Shown: piece after piece, positions 1 to 9,274 of the stretch
How positions within the stretch are numbered: position 1 is the stretch's first letter
How the letters are laid out: each line of letters starts with the position of its first letter
Virus record (IMG/VR): IMGVR_UViG_3300046787_000200
Coordinates: 1 to 64,000 of that record
Reading direction: 5' to 3' (one strand)
DNA: 64,000 nucleotides
Notes under the pieces: generated by a model
Databases searched by the model: none
Told to the model about the DNA's origin: nothing
Seen by the model: the letters and a program-made list of their open reading frames with translations, nothing else
Program-made: the position numbers and the translations under genes

Positions 1-106
1 TGGCTTGAATATTACCGGTAATTATGTCACCATTTGCTAAGACAACGTTGGCCGGTATCTCACCAACTGAGAAACCGCCTACCGAGTTAAATGGTTTAAT
101 TGCCAT
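1..106 (-). CDS. 5' part of a fibre/virion structural protein (runs off the left edge), paralogue of the 743-aa gene
   Basis: Hand translation gives MAIKPFNSVGGFSVGEIPANVVLANGDIITGNIQA. There is an AAGGA RBS and a GATAAATA box at 128-135. The N-terminus resembles MAFEPFGLVGGLTVGIPP of the neighbouring gene. Confidence 0.8.
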   Translation of the reverse strand, partial: MAIKPFNSVGGFSVGEIPANVVLANGDIITGNIQA

Positions 107-151
107 AATCTTTTCCTTTATTAATCATATTTATCTGAAATCTATAATGCG

Positions 152-2383
152 TCATGGTGCATACTCCGTAATCATCATCTTATAAGTAGTAGAATTCGCC
201 GAGTCTGGCGTTACTAAAAGTTTTATTATTGAAGGTGTGATGATAGTACCTTCTTCATATACCACAGAGAATGAACCTGTGCCACCGTTAATTTGTAGAC
301 TACCGAATTCATTCCACACTACACTGTTACCTAAAACTACTGTAGATATTTTTGCTGACTGTCTTGTAGAGCCAGCAACATCGGTTGAAATAATATGAAA
401 GTCTACACCTGAAACATTTGCTACTTCAACTGACCAAAGTAATTGATCTGTTGCTGTTGAATTAGTTGTAGCAAAATATACATATTGTGTTGAGAACTGA
501 TAGATACCGGCGCCAAGTTGTGCAGAGTTTGCTATTAAATTGCCTGCAACTTGGAATGTATTAGTTGCTTCATTAAAAGTTAAGTATGCACTACCACCAA
601 ACGTTCCTGCATCATTATATTGTATTTGTGTATTACTACCACCCGGTGTGCCATTGCCACCCCCACCGCCACCTGCTGTCCAACTTAAATTGCCAGCGCC
701 ATCAGTTGATAATACATAACCATTTGTTCCACCTTGAATGTGAACATTTGACACAGAACCTAAATTAATATTAGGTGATGAAGTCATAATCACATTGCTA
801 CTTGCAGTCAACACACCATTAATATTTGTAGTGTATAAATTTGCAGTAGTATTAACTGTCAATGTGTTTGCAATAGAAACAGTAGATGTATTAATAGTTG
901 GAACAGCTAATACATAACTAAACGGGTTGAATGTAAAGTTAGCACTAGCACCAAATGTTCCGCTATCATTAAACTGAACTTCAGTAGTATTACCACCTGG
1001 TGTACCATTACCGCCACCACCGCCACCGACAGCCCAACTTAAGTTGCCGGCGCCGTCTGTGCGTAAGAAATAACCTGATATACCACCTGAAATGTGAATA
1101 TTACTTACAGTTCCTAATGTAATGTTTGGTGAACTGTTAAAGTTAACATTACTCAATGATGTTAGACTACCCAATGCTCCTATAGTTACTGCGCCACCGA
1201 TACTAACTGTCCCTGTCAAGTTTGCATTCAATGCAGTTAAGTATTGATTAGCTGTTACGTTTGAACCAACTATATTCCCAGTAGCTAATAAATTACCTAC
1301 ATTAGCATTACCTGAAACTGAAACAGTTGTTAATGTTCCTATACTTGTAATATTAGGTTGAGCATTTGTATAAACTGTACTTGATACTAATGCATTTGAA
1401 ACTTGACCAATGACATTGGCAGCCGGAACATCAGTCAAATTCTCTGCAGTAACATTGCCGTTTCCACCGTTAATAGATATACCATCACTAGTTGCAGTGA
1501 TTGTTGTATTACCTATATAGATTGTATTACCGGATAGATATAAATCTTTCCAACGTTTTATCGAACTACCAATGTCATATGTAATATTTGCACTAGGTAT
1601 TAAGTTATTAGTAAACTGTGTAGCAGATAAGTTTCCAATATTTGCATTACCAGATACAGTCAGTGCAGTCAATGTTCCTAAACTAGTAATGTTTGGCTGA
1701 CTACTTACAGTAACATTACCTGCATAATTTGCAAAGTTAGCTAATGGTGTGTAGTTTGCATTACCAACACCAGTTAAGAATGCACCATTACCTAAGAAAT
1801 AGTTTGCTGTTACATTTCCTGATACACTTAATGTTGTTAATGTACCTAAACTTGTAATGTTCGGTTGACTTGCTACGGTTACATTACCTGCAAAGTTTGC
1901 AAAGTTTGCAGCCGTTGCTTGAATTCCTGTTAACTGACTACCATTACCGATAAAGTAATCTGCAGTAACGTTACCATTAGCAACTATTGTATCAATCGTA
2001 ATGTTGCCAGAACCTATAAAGTTATTAGCTACAATATTACCTGATACAGATAATACATTAGTTATACTATTATATGTGAATCCTGCATCACCACCGAAGT
2101 TGCCTGCATTGTTATACTGAACTTGCGTGTTGGCGCCACCTGGACTGCCGTTGCCACCGCCACCATTACCACCTGGTGCCCAAGTTAAATTACCTTCACC
2201 ATCAGTTTGTAGGAAATAACCGTTTTCACCACCAGTAATAATGACATTACCGATTGGACCTAAGTTGGATAAACCACTAACTTGTAATCCATTGAGGGTG
2301 GCTATACCATTGTCGTCTATTACTAGGATTGGCGGTATACCTACTGTTAAACCACCAACTAGACCAAAAGGTTCAAATGCCAT
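152..2383 (-). CDS. Gly/Asn/Thr-rich tail fibre or virion appendage protein with internal repeats
   Basis: Three copies of GYxLxTDGxGNLxWxxGGGGGGNGxPGGxxTxxQxNxxGxFG and three of QPNITSxGTLTxxxVSGN; a YDIGSSxxRWKDLYL fibre-type motif; late-type promoter upstream. Confidence 0.7.
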   Translation of the reverse strand: MAFEPFGLVGGLTVGIPPILVIDDNGIATLNGLQVSGLSNLGPIGNVIITGGENGYFLQTDGEGNLTWAPGGNGGGGNGSPGGANTQVQYNNAGNFGGDAGFTYNSITNVLSVSGNIVANNFIGSGNITIDTIVANGNVTADYFIGNGSQLTGIQATAANFANFAGNVTVASQPNITSLGTLTTLSVSGNVTANYFLGNGAFLTGVGNANYTPLANFANYAGNVTVSSQPNITSLGTLTALTVSGNANIGNLSATQFTNNLIPSANITYDIGSSIKRWKDLYLSGNTIYIGNTTITATSDGISINGGNGNVTAENLTDVPAANVIGQVSNALVSSTVYTNAQPNITSIGTLTTVSVSGNANVGNLLATGNIVGSNVTANQYLTALNANLTGTVSIGGAVTIGALGSLTSLSNVNFNSSPNITLGTVSNIHISGGISGYFLRTDGAGNLSWAVGGGGGGNGTPGGNTTEVQFNDSGTFGASANFTFNPFSYVLAVPTINTSTVSIANTLTVNTTANLYTTNINGVLTASSNVIMTSSPNINLGSVSNVHIQGGTNGYVLSTDGAGNLSWTAGGGGGGNGTPGGSNTQIQYNDAGTFGGSAYLTFNEATNTFQVAGNLIANSAQLGAGIYQFSTQYVYFATTNSTATDQLLWSVEVANVSGVDFHIISTDVAGSTRQSAKISTVVLGNSVVWNEFGSLQINGGTGSFSVVYEEGTIITPSIIKLLVTPDSANSTTYKMMITEYAP

Positions 2384-2481
2384 TATTCATCCTAAAATTT
2401 ATTTATTATATTATTTATCAATAAACCCATTTCTTTTCTTAGGAAAAAAACACCCAAGTGATCTTTTTTCTTAAATAGTGT

Positions 2482-2847
2482 ATGCTAACCAGACAACCAA
2501 ATAGACCACTATGTGAGCATTGCAAAACATCACTAGCAAAGCCTAATGGGAAGAGTAAGCACGGCTTTACTAAGTGGCACAAGTATTGTGTTGATTGTGC
2601 TAAAGGTGCATATAATAGTAAGTTTGGTTACTTACTACATAAGAAAGATAAGTGCGAGAAGTGTAGCTTTATACCAGAAGATAAATGTCAACTAGATGTT
2701 GTGTATAAAGACGGTAATAAGAAGAATAAAGACAAGCGCAATCTAAAAACATTATGTGCTAATTGTAATAGATTACATCAAAAGAAATTAAAAGAGAAAC
2801 GTAAATCTATACTAGATATTACGATTGATAGTGACTTTACACTTTAA
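2482..2847 (+). CDS. Zn-finger / degenerate HNH-like protein
   Basis: Four CxxC pairs. LDVVYKDGNKKNKDKRNLKTLCANCNR aligns to the HNH pattern L(E/D)VDHxDGNxxNNxxxNLxxLCxNCH but lacks the His residues. Confidence 0.6.
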   Translation: MLTRQPNRPLCEHCKTSLAKPNGKSKHGFTKWHKYCVDCAKGAYNSKFGYLLHKKDKCEKCSFIPEDKCQLDVVYKDGNKKNKDKRNLKTLCANCNRLHQKKLKEKRKSILDITIDSDFTL

Positions 2848-3221
2848 TAACTTTTTTCTTCAACTATACTAGAGCCAACTAATGTGTTAATATCTTTCTT
2901 AATTTTAGCTCGCAAGTCATTCTTTAGATATACTTGTCTTGCAGTATTGACAAAATCATCACCAAACGTTTGATTCTTTTCACATTCACGCTTATAGTTC
3001 TCAATATGCCAAAGTTCTAAATTGACTTTGTATAATTGACTTTGTAATGGTTCTACACTATCTAAATCTAATTTTAGTTCGTCTTTAAGTTCTTCTAGTG
3101 CTTGAAGTTCTTTTTCGATGTTGGACAACTTAATCTTATCTTTTATAAGATTTGATTTGATTTTTAGAATGGTAATTTTGTCAATCAGTTCACCTACTGA
3201 AATTGGGGCTAAGACTATCAT
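2844..3221 (-). CDS. DUF6165-like protein
   Basis: N-terminus APISVGELIDKITILxIK and C-terminus ARQVYLKNDLRAKIKKDINxLVGSSIVEEKSY match my recollection of the family pattern. Confidence 0.7.
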   Translation of the reverse strand: MIVLAPISVGELIDKITILKIKSNLIKDKIKLSNIEKELQALEELKDELKLDLDSVEPLQSQLYKVNLELWHIENYKRECEKNQTFGDDFVNTARQVYLKNDLRAKIKKDINTLVGSSIVEEKSY

Positions 3222-3253
3222 ACAAATATATAGTCGTTAAATATAATAACCAT

Positions 3254-3278
3254 AAAAAAGAGCACCGAAGTGCTCTTT
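3254..3278 (-). terminator. Rho-independent terminator after the major capsid gene
   Basis: Minus strand AAAGAGCAC-TTCG-GTGCTCTTT followed by a T run: 9-bp stem with a UUCG loop. Confidence 0.9.
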
Positions 3279-3334
3279 GATTCCTTCCCGTAACACAGAC
3301 CGTAGTCTGTGCTCCCGAACAAGAAGATTCCGAT

Positions 3335-4531
3335 TTATTGGAATGTAAGATTTTGAACTGCGATCTCACCAACGTAATCAGCCGCATTACCGAAAGATGA
3401 TGCAGTGTTAGTTAATTCGATGTAACCATAACGAGTCATAAATGACACTACTGGTTCGAATGTTGATGGATCTAGAACAACACCACTGCTCATCAATGGA
3501 ATGTATGGGCAATAGAATGCTGCCGCGTCAGTTTCGCTAGAACCCTTGTAACCAACCAATACAGGTGTTGTATCAGGAGCATAAGAGTCAACGAACACAC
3601 GCATAGCGCCGTTCAATGTACCAACGAACTTAGTGTTAGTTGGAGCTTCGAAAGTACCTTCTGTTGTACGAGCGAAAGCAGAAGTAGTTGCAGATTGCAA
3701 TACTGTCAATGCGGCGCTAGAAACAACAGCCCAGTTACCTGCGCCACGACGTGTACGTTGGGCGATCAAGTTAGCAACACGGTTGATTAGAACAGCTAAG
3801 GCAGCGTGTTCGTCACCAACGTAAGTAGCTGTACCTGATACAGTAGCTTGGTTGTATGTATATTCTGTAGATGCTAATGTACGCAATGACAATAGAATCT
3901 CTTGGTCGATTTCAGCAGTAATCTCTTGTGCTAATGCAGCCATGATTTCTGCTTCTACGTCGATACCATGTTGGCTTTGAGCGTCTTGAGCCGCTTCAAA
4001 TGTCCAACGTGCTTGCAACTTACGTGACTTAGCTTCAACAGCTTGACGCAAGATTTGTACGCTGATTTGACGACCACCGTTGCCTTCTAGGGCAGCAGTG
4101 TTGTTACCAGTGTAACCTGTTGCAGTTGCATCGTTAGATGGCTGACGTGAATATGCTTGAGCAATAGTGAATGGGCTCAATGCTTCTTGACCAGCAGTAA
4201 CGCTAGTTGCGGCAGCAGAGTTGTCCACTAAGTTTTGTGCATAACGAACACGTAGTGTATGGATCTGACCAACTGGGCCAGTCATTGGCTGAACGCCAAC
4301 CAACTCGTTAGCGATAACAGTTGGCATAACACGACGGATAACTGGAAGAATCACACGGTTTAATGTAGCGATGTTACCAGCTGTAGTTGTACCTGCTGAA
4401 CTTTCAGCAAGAAGTTGTTTCTTAGTATTTTCTAAGATAACACCCATAGTTGAGCGGCGAGTGCCCTTTAAGCCTTCTAACAGAGCTTCCTTGGTCTCGT
4501 CCCAACGGCTTTCTAATAGAACTTTTGACAT
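3335..4531 (-). CDS. gp23: Major capsid protein, T4 gp23-like
   Basis: gp23 motifs GVQPMTGPVGQIHTLR, RQAVEAKSRKLQARWTFEAAQD, EITAEIDQEI, FYCPYIPL, FMTRYG; follows scaffold and protease. Confidence 0.97.
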   Translation of the reverse strand: MSKVLLESRWDETKEALLEGLKGTRRSTMGVILENTKKQLLAESSAGTTTAGNIATLNRVILPVIRRVMPTVIANELVGVQPMTGPVGQIHTLRVRYAQNLVDNSAAATSVTAGQEALSPFTIAQAYSRQPSNDATATGYTGNNTAALEGNGGRQISVQILRQAVEAKSRKLQARWTFEAAQDAQSQHGIDVEAEIMAALAQEITAEIDQEILLSLRTLASTEYTYNQATVSGTATYVGDEHAALAVLINRVANLIAQRTRRGAGNWAVVSSAALTVLQSATTSAFARTTEGTFEAPTNTKFVGTLNGAMRVFVDSYAPDTTPVLVGYKGSSETDAAAFYCPYIPLMSSGVVLDPSTFEPVVSFMTRYGYIELTNTASSFGNAADYVGEIAVQNLTFQ

Positions 4532-4561
4532 TTATGTTTCTCCTAATCTATGTCTTTTTAA

Positions 4562-5662
4562 TTAAAGCCCTGCCAGACGCTTGATATCTATAACGTTGTC
4601 ACGTTGTTCCATATCAACTTCTTGTTTGGCAGCTTTATCCCCAGTAACTTCTGTAATAGTTGACTCAGTTAAGTTAGCCTTTACAGACTTCTTAACAGCG
4701 CCAGTATTTAGAACTGCTGGTAGATACTTATCGAAAGCGGCTTGCAACTTAGTTGTTTGCACACTTTCTAGTAAATTCTGCATTACATTTGCTTTTTCTT
4801 CATTTAATGTAGATAGCAATTCAGCCATAGTCTTCTCTCGAAGGTTAGACTCTTTAATAATGCGAACTTCACGTTCTTTTGATTCTACTAATCTCTTAGT
4901 ATTGTCGATTTCTTTGCGTGATTCGGCTAATTGAGTTTCTTTTTCTTCTAATTTTTGCATTAGTTTTCTTGTTTCAGCTTTGTCATTTAAATGAGTAACT
5001 GAGAATTCACCTGCAAAACTTTCGAAAATCTTACGACCAAAGTTGTTTTCTTTTGCAACTTTAATGTCTTCTTTCAATTGACCAATTTCACCCTTTAACT
5101 GTCCTGCTACAGCAGTAGACAACTTCTTAGCACTTTCAGCAACAAAACGTGCTTTCAATGCTTCTAATTGTTTACGTCCTTCAGCAACTAACTTAACCTT
5201 AGCTTCAACTACCGCTTGTTTGTCTTGTGCGAATTCTTTAATTTCACGTGCCAAAGCATGAACAATAAATTGCTCTAACTTTTGCTGACTTTCTTTTGCG
5301 ATTTGACGATCTGAACGTAATTCTTTGATTTCTTCAGCTAGTTTAGTAACCATAAAATCATTGAATTTAGTTGCAGATTCACGTAGTTGTTGTTGTGCTC
5401 TCACACGGTCTTCGTTCATTGCTTGCTTCTCAGCGTGAAATTCTTCAATTTCTTCTGATAGGCTTTCTGTAACCATCTTGTCAAGGGCTTCCACCATCAC
5501 GCTTCTGTCATGTTCATAACGTTGTGCGAATTCTTCGTGTAATTCTGCACGAACTTGTTGGCGAGCTTCATTTAATTTTGATTCCCATGCTTCATTTAAC
5601 TGAGCACCGATATCATCATTAATAAGTCCACTTTCAAGTAATGGCTTGATAGCATCAAACAT
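4562..5662 (-). CDS. gp22: Prohead core scaffold, gp22-like
   Basis: Glu/Lys-rich coiled coil between protease and capsid genes, with many (L/I)xE sites. Confidence 0.85.
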   Translation of the reverse strand: MFDAIKPLLESGLINDDIGAQLNEAWESKLNEARQQVRAELHEEFAQRYEHDRSVMVEALDKMVTESLSEEIEEFHAEKQAMNEDRVRAQQQLRESATKFNDFMVTKLAEEIKELRSDRQIAKESQQKLEQFIVHALAREIKEFAQDKQAVVEAKVKLVAEGRKQLEALKARFVAESAKKLSTAVAGQLKGEIGQLKEDIKVAKENNFGRKIFESFAGEFSVTHLNDKAETRKLMQKLEEKETQLAESRKEIDNTKRLVESKEREVRIIKESNLREKTMAELLSTLNEEKANVMQNLLESVQTTKLQAAFDKYLPAVLNTGAVKKSVKANLTESTITEVTGDKAAKQEVDMEQRDNVIDIKRLAGL

Positions 5663-5673
5663 GCTGTTTCCCC

Positions 5674-6309
5674 TTATTTAATTTTGAGATCCTTGATGAG
5701 GCGCATTACTTCCTCACGCAAGTATTTCTCTACTTTCTTGTCGCCTCTTGCTTCCTTAGCAATATCCAACATTTTATGACCATGACGCATATTCATCATG
5801 CCTTCATAAATTGCTTTAGGATACGCATTTGGTGCGCTAGGTTGTGCAACAATATCCACAGTGACTATCTCAAAGTCACTCACTTTGCCGTTCAAATCGT
5901 CAACGTTACCGCTGCCACGACTTGATACGCCGAGTTTCACACCACTCTCCAACATAGTCTCAACTAACTTACCCATTGGAGTTGGTAAAATCTTTAATTT
6001 GCCGAAGCCATTAGCCCCATCCATCCACATAGATGTAATCATATGTGATACACGGTCTAAATTAATCTTTAAATCATCTGGGTGATCTACTTCACCTAAT
6101 ACTGAATAGCCTTCTTGGATCTGCTTGTTCAATGTCTCTACTGCATTCTCAATTTCAGAAACAGGGTAAACACGCTCATTAGCGTTCTTTACCCCACCCT
6201 GAATGAAGATGCCTTTCATATAAAGGCTCTTCAATGCACCCTCACCTGAACTCTCAACAACCATGCTAGCACGGTCGAAAGTCAGATGTTCTTTGAGATA
6301 CAAAGCCAT
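5674..6309 (-). CDS. gp21: Prohead protease, gp21-like
   Basis: GEVDHP, GVSSRGSG and DIVAQPSAPNAY motifs, plus NANERVYP. Confidence 0.95.
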   Translation of the reverse strand: MALYLKEHLTFDRASMVVESSGEGALKSLYMKGIFIQGGVKNANERVYPVSEIENAVETLNKQIQEGYSVLGEVDHPDDLKINLDRVSHMITSMWMDGANGFGKLKILPTPMGKLVETMLESGVKLGVSSRGSGNVDDLNGKVSDFEIVTVDIVAQPSAPNAYPKAIYEGMMNMRHGHKMLDIAKEARGDKKVEKYLREEVMRLIKDLKIK

Positions 6310-6323
6310 TTCTCTCAGATTCC

Positions 6324-7112
6324 TTACTTAGCTACTGGGCTCTTAACTGCGCCGGCAGCATCTTTTGTCGTTGGCTTAGGAGCCGCTGACAAGTCTTGTC
6401 CTTTGTGACCTGGAGCATTTTTAAATGATCCTGCACCTTTAACACTTGTTTCACCTTTTGCATATGCATTAGATGGACCTTTTGGACTTGTTGGAACTGC
6501 TTCACTAGCACCGCTAAACTTAACTGGCTTGCTGTCCATACCAGCTTGACCACTGTTTGCGTCTACTGTGCTCTTATTCTGAACACCATTATCACCGTGT
6601 GTTACAGAAACTTTCTGCAACTGTACAGCTTCCATCATTGCTTCTTCATCATCGGCTGCACCAAAGTCAGCATCAGCATCAGCCATGTCATCATCGCCGG
6701 CTGCGAATTCATCGTCAGCGTCAACTTCAGCATCATCACCTGCCATGATGTCTTCAAACTCAGCCATCAATTGGTCTAGTTTATCTTCTAAATCAACAAC
6801 GCGGTCTTCTAAATCTTCTTCGCCCATGCCTTCTTCATCTTCACCATCTTCAATGTCGATTACTTCATCTTCTTCAGAATCAAACTCTAAGTCATCATCT
6901 TCGCCTTCAGACATGCCGGCTTCTTCAACTTCGATTTCGTCCATCAAGTCACCAACTTGACCGCCCATGCCTTCTCCCATTTCGTCATCCATCATTCCTT
7001 CATAGATTTCGCGGCTTTTTTCAACTACGATATCATGGAACAATGCACGTGCTTGTTCTTCGTCCTCATTAATAATCAAATTAATAAGTTGTTCAAATTT
7101 TTTATTATCCAT
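6324..7112 (-). CDS. Acidic prohead core protein, gp67-like, with extended tail
   Basis: N-terminus LINLIINEDEEQARALF resembles the T4 gp67 start as I recall it; long Asp/Glu tract; located between portal and protease. Confidence 0.6.
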   Translation of the reverse strand: MDNKKFEQLINLIINEDEEQARALFHDIVVEKSREIYEGMMDDEMGEGMGGQVGDLMDEIEVEEAGMSEGEDDDLEFDSEEDEVIDIEDGEDEEGMGEEDLEDRVVDLEDKLDQLMAEFEDIMAGDDAEVDADDEFAAGDDDMADADADFGAADDEEAMMEAVQLQKVSVTHGDNGVQNKSTVDANSGQAGMDSKPVKFSGASEAVPTSPKGPSNAYAKGETSVKGAGSFKNAPGHKGQDLSAAPKPTTKDAAGAVKSPVAK

Positions 7113-7161
7113 TGTTTGTTTCTCCTAAGTAATGGCTTTGTAGAGTTATTTAGTGACTATC

Positions 7162-7193
7162 AAAAAAAACAGCACAATAAGTGCTGTTTTTTT
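7162..7193. terminator. Bidirectional Rho-independent terminator
   Basis: A8-CAGCAC-AATAA-GTGCTG-T7. Confidence 0.85.
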
Positions 7194-7215
7194 ACGTTTT
7201 TACTAAAACTAATGA

Positions 7216-7440
7216 TTATACAGTAGGTGCGCCTTCTGCTTTTGGTGCATATTGCTGATGAACCTTCTTCAAGTAATTAACTTTTTCATAATTACGAACA
7301 TCATTCATCTTACGCAACTTGCGAATTTGTTTCAATGTAAGTTTAGTTTTGCGACTTTCACGCCATTTAGGTTTGCTATTATCAGCACTTACATCCTGAT
7401 AACCTGCTACCGCCTGATCAAACATTTCAAATAATTTCAT
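7216..7440 (-). CDS. Small basic head-module protein (possible internal head protein)
   Basis: 74 aa, starts MKLFEMF, sits directly after the portal gene and has its own GATAAATA box. Confidence 0.7.
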   Translation of the reverse strand: MKLFEMFDQAVAGYQDVSADNSKPKWRESRKTKLTLKQIRKLRKMNDVRNYEKVNYLKKVHQQYAPKAEGAPTV

Positions 7441-7456
7441 ATAGTTATTTATCTAA

Positions 7457-9250
7457 TTACATTCCAGTACCGCCGGGGGCTGGCATATTTTGTCCTGGTG
7501 CCGCTTGTCCTGGTACAGGAACTTGTCCGGCTGCATCAAGTGCTTGATCTGGTGGTAATTGCTCGGCTGCAGTAGCTTCTTCACCAGTCTGCATGTCTGT
7601 CTCAATATCACCAACTGATACACCAATACTACGTAAATCACTACCTTGTGGCTCAACTTCAATCTCTTTATCGTTTTCTTCACGCCACATTTTTTCGTTT
7701 TTAGCAATTTCTTCTTCGGTTAATCCTAAGAAACGTTCCATCGCAAAACGTTTACTGATATATGGATAAGCTTCAACTGCAGTAAATGAACCCATACGTG
7801 CTGTATCTAACTCACTTTGACGATAAGCCGCAAAGTTTTGTGGTGGATTAAATGTTAAGTTAAACAATCCACTATCAATGTTTAATCCTCTCCAACGTAA
7901 GAATAACTTGAATTCTTCATCAAGCTTTCTAACAAGATAGTTTTGTAATCTCTCACAATATTGATTAAATCTAAACTCTTGGATCATTGCTGTTCCAACA
8001 CGACCATCACTCATTGGAGTAACGTTATCGTCAGGACCAGTAGGTAAATATGAACTTGGAACACGTAAGCCACGTGCTAATCTATTATTAAAATAACGCA
8101 AGTCATCAATCTCACCCAAATTCTGACCACCGGGTAATAAATCAACGCTTGATCCACGACCATCAGCAGTAACTGGGAAGAAATAATCTTCGTTCATTGA
8201 TAATGGGTTGTATGTTGCATCTACCATACTACCACCGCCTTGAACACTTGGTATACGTCTTTGATGAATTTCGTTTTTAATACGTTCAACAAAAGCCATA
8301 GCCATGTGACTCGGCATATTACCAACGTCAATCTTAAACACTCTGCGTTCTGGTGCTCGTTGTACCCGATAGATTAGAACCGCATCTTCTAGTAACTCTT
8401 TTTGTTTATAAACTTTAAAGATATTCTCTAAAATACTTTGTCCAAAAGGCCAAAATCTGTCTAATCCTTCTGTTAAGCTTAAGTGAACGATATGTTTCGA
8501 ATCGATTGCGGCTTCGTTAAAACCTAAACTAAAACGTGATCCAGTTGTGTTATACGGTTGACTAGGAACAGTATATCCTCCACCACCACCTGCACCACCA
8601 CCGCCAGTACCACCTAATCCAGTTGCAGGATTAGCGGCAAAGTCTGTATTTGTTTTCTGTGCTACAACTAAGTTTTCTAAGTTAATGTTCAAGTCTTTCA
8701 ACACATATTGTTCAGGCTTTTTACCTTCACTTTCATTGACAATAACTTTAATAACTTTAGTCATATCTACCCAATATAACTTAAAATTTTCTGGGTCACG
8801 AACGAAAACCTGATCCCCGTACTTTAGACAGTTTCTAAAGATTTTAAAAATACGTGTTTCCATTTCATTCAACTTACACCATTGTTGTAGTTGAGTCTTA
8901 AGCATTTCTACTTCGTGCGGAGTAGGTTCTTCACGCCATTCTAAACTAAATGGTGTTTTATTATGTTCGTTTTTCTGTGTACTAAATTCTGAAATGATAT
9001 CTAAACATGCATTAATTTCAGCATCAACATCCATCATTTCATATTGATTATATCGTTCAATACGATTTGGGTGTCCGGTATATACTTCAGGTAAACGACT
9101 TCCGTAATTTTTATATCCAAAATCGTTATTACTATAGTTACTAGTTGTTGCGCCTCCCGGGCCGTTCCATGCTCCGGTGACGCTACCGCCACCTAATGGA
9201 CTCATTTGTCCCGATTGATTAACTCTAGTAAAGTGTTTTTTGTATGTCAT
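7457..9250 (-). CDS. gp20: Portal protein, gp20-like
   Basis: LEDAVLIYRVQRAPERRVFKIDVGNMP, EDYFFP, LPGGQNLGEIDDLRYF and GLRVPSSYL are gp20 motifs. Confidence 0.96.
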   Translation of the reverse strand: MTYKKHFTRVNQSGQMSPLGGGSVTGAWNGPGGATTSNYSNNDFGYKNYGSRLPEVYTGHPNRIERYNQYEMMDVDAEINACLDIISEFSTQKNEHNKTPFSLEWREEPTPHEVEMLKTQLQQWCKLNEMETRIFKIFRNCLKYGDQVFVRDPENFKLYWVDMTKVIKVIVNESEGKKPEQYVLKDLNINLENLVVAQKTNTDFAANPATGLGGTGGGGAGGGGGYTVPSQPYNTTGSRFSLGFNEAAIDSKHIVHLSLTEGLDRFWPFGQSILENIFKVYKQKELLEDAVLIYRVQRAPERRVFKIDVGNMPSHMAMAFVERIKNEIHQRRIPSVQGGGSMVDATYNPLSMNEDYFFPVTADGRGSSVDLLPGGQNLGEIDDLRYFNNRLARGLRVPSSYLPTGPDDNVTPMSDGRVGTAMIQEFRFNQYCERLQNYLVRKLDEEFKLFLRWRGLNIDSGLFNLTFNPPQNFAAYRQSELDTARMGSFTAVEAYPYISKRFAMERFLGLTEEEIAKNEKMWREENDKEIEVEPQGSDLRSIGVSVGDIETDMQTGEEATAAEQLPPDQALDAAGQVPVPGQAAPGQNMPAPGGTGM

Positions 9251-9274
9251 AATGAAGGTCTATTCAGTATTTAG

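Noticed and set aside
8570-8630. Gly tracts in the portal and fibre proteins as collagen-like or mobile repeats
   Set aside because: They are poly-Gly linkers without Gly-X-Y periodicity.
3335-9250. Possible eukaryotic giant virus origin, suggested by the glycosylation genes
   Set aside because: The T4-like capsid, portal, protease, contractile baseplate, Shine-Dalgarno sites and sigma70 promoters indicate a bacteriophage.
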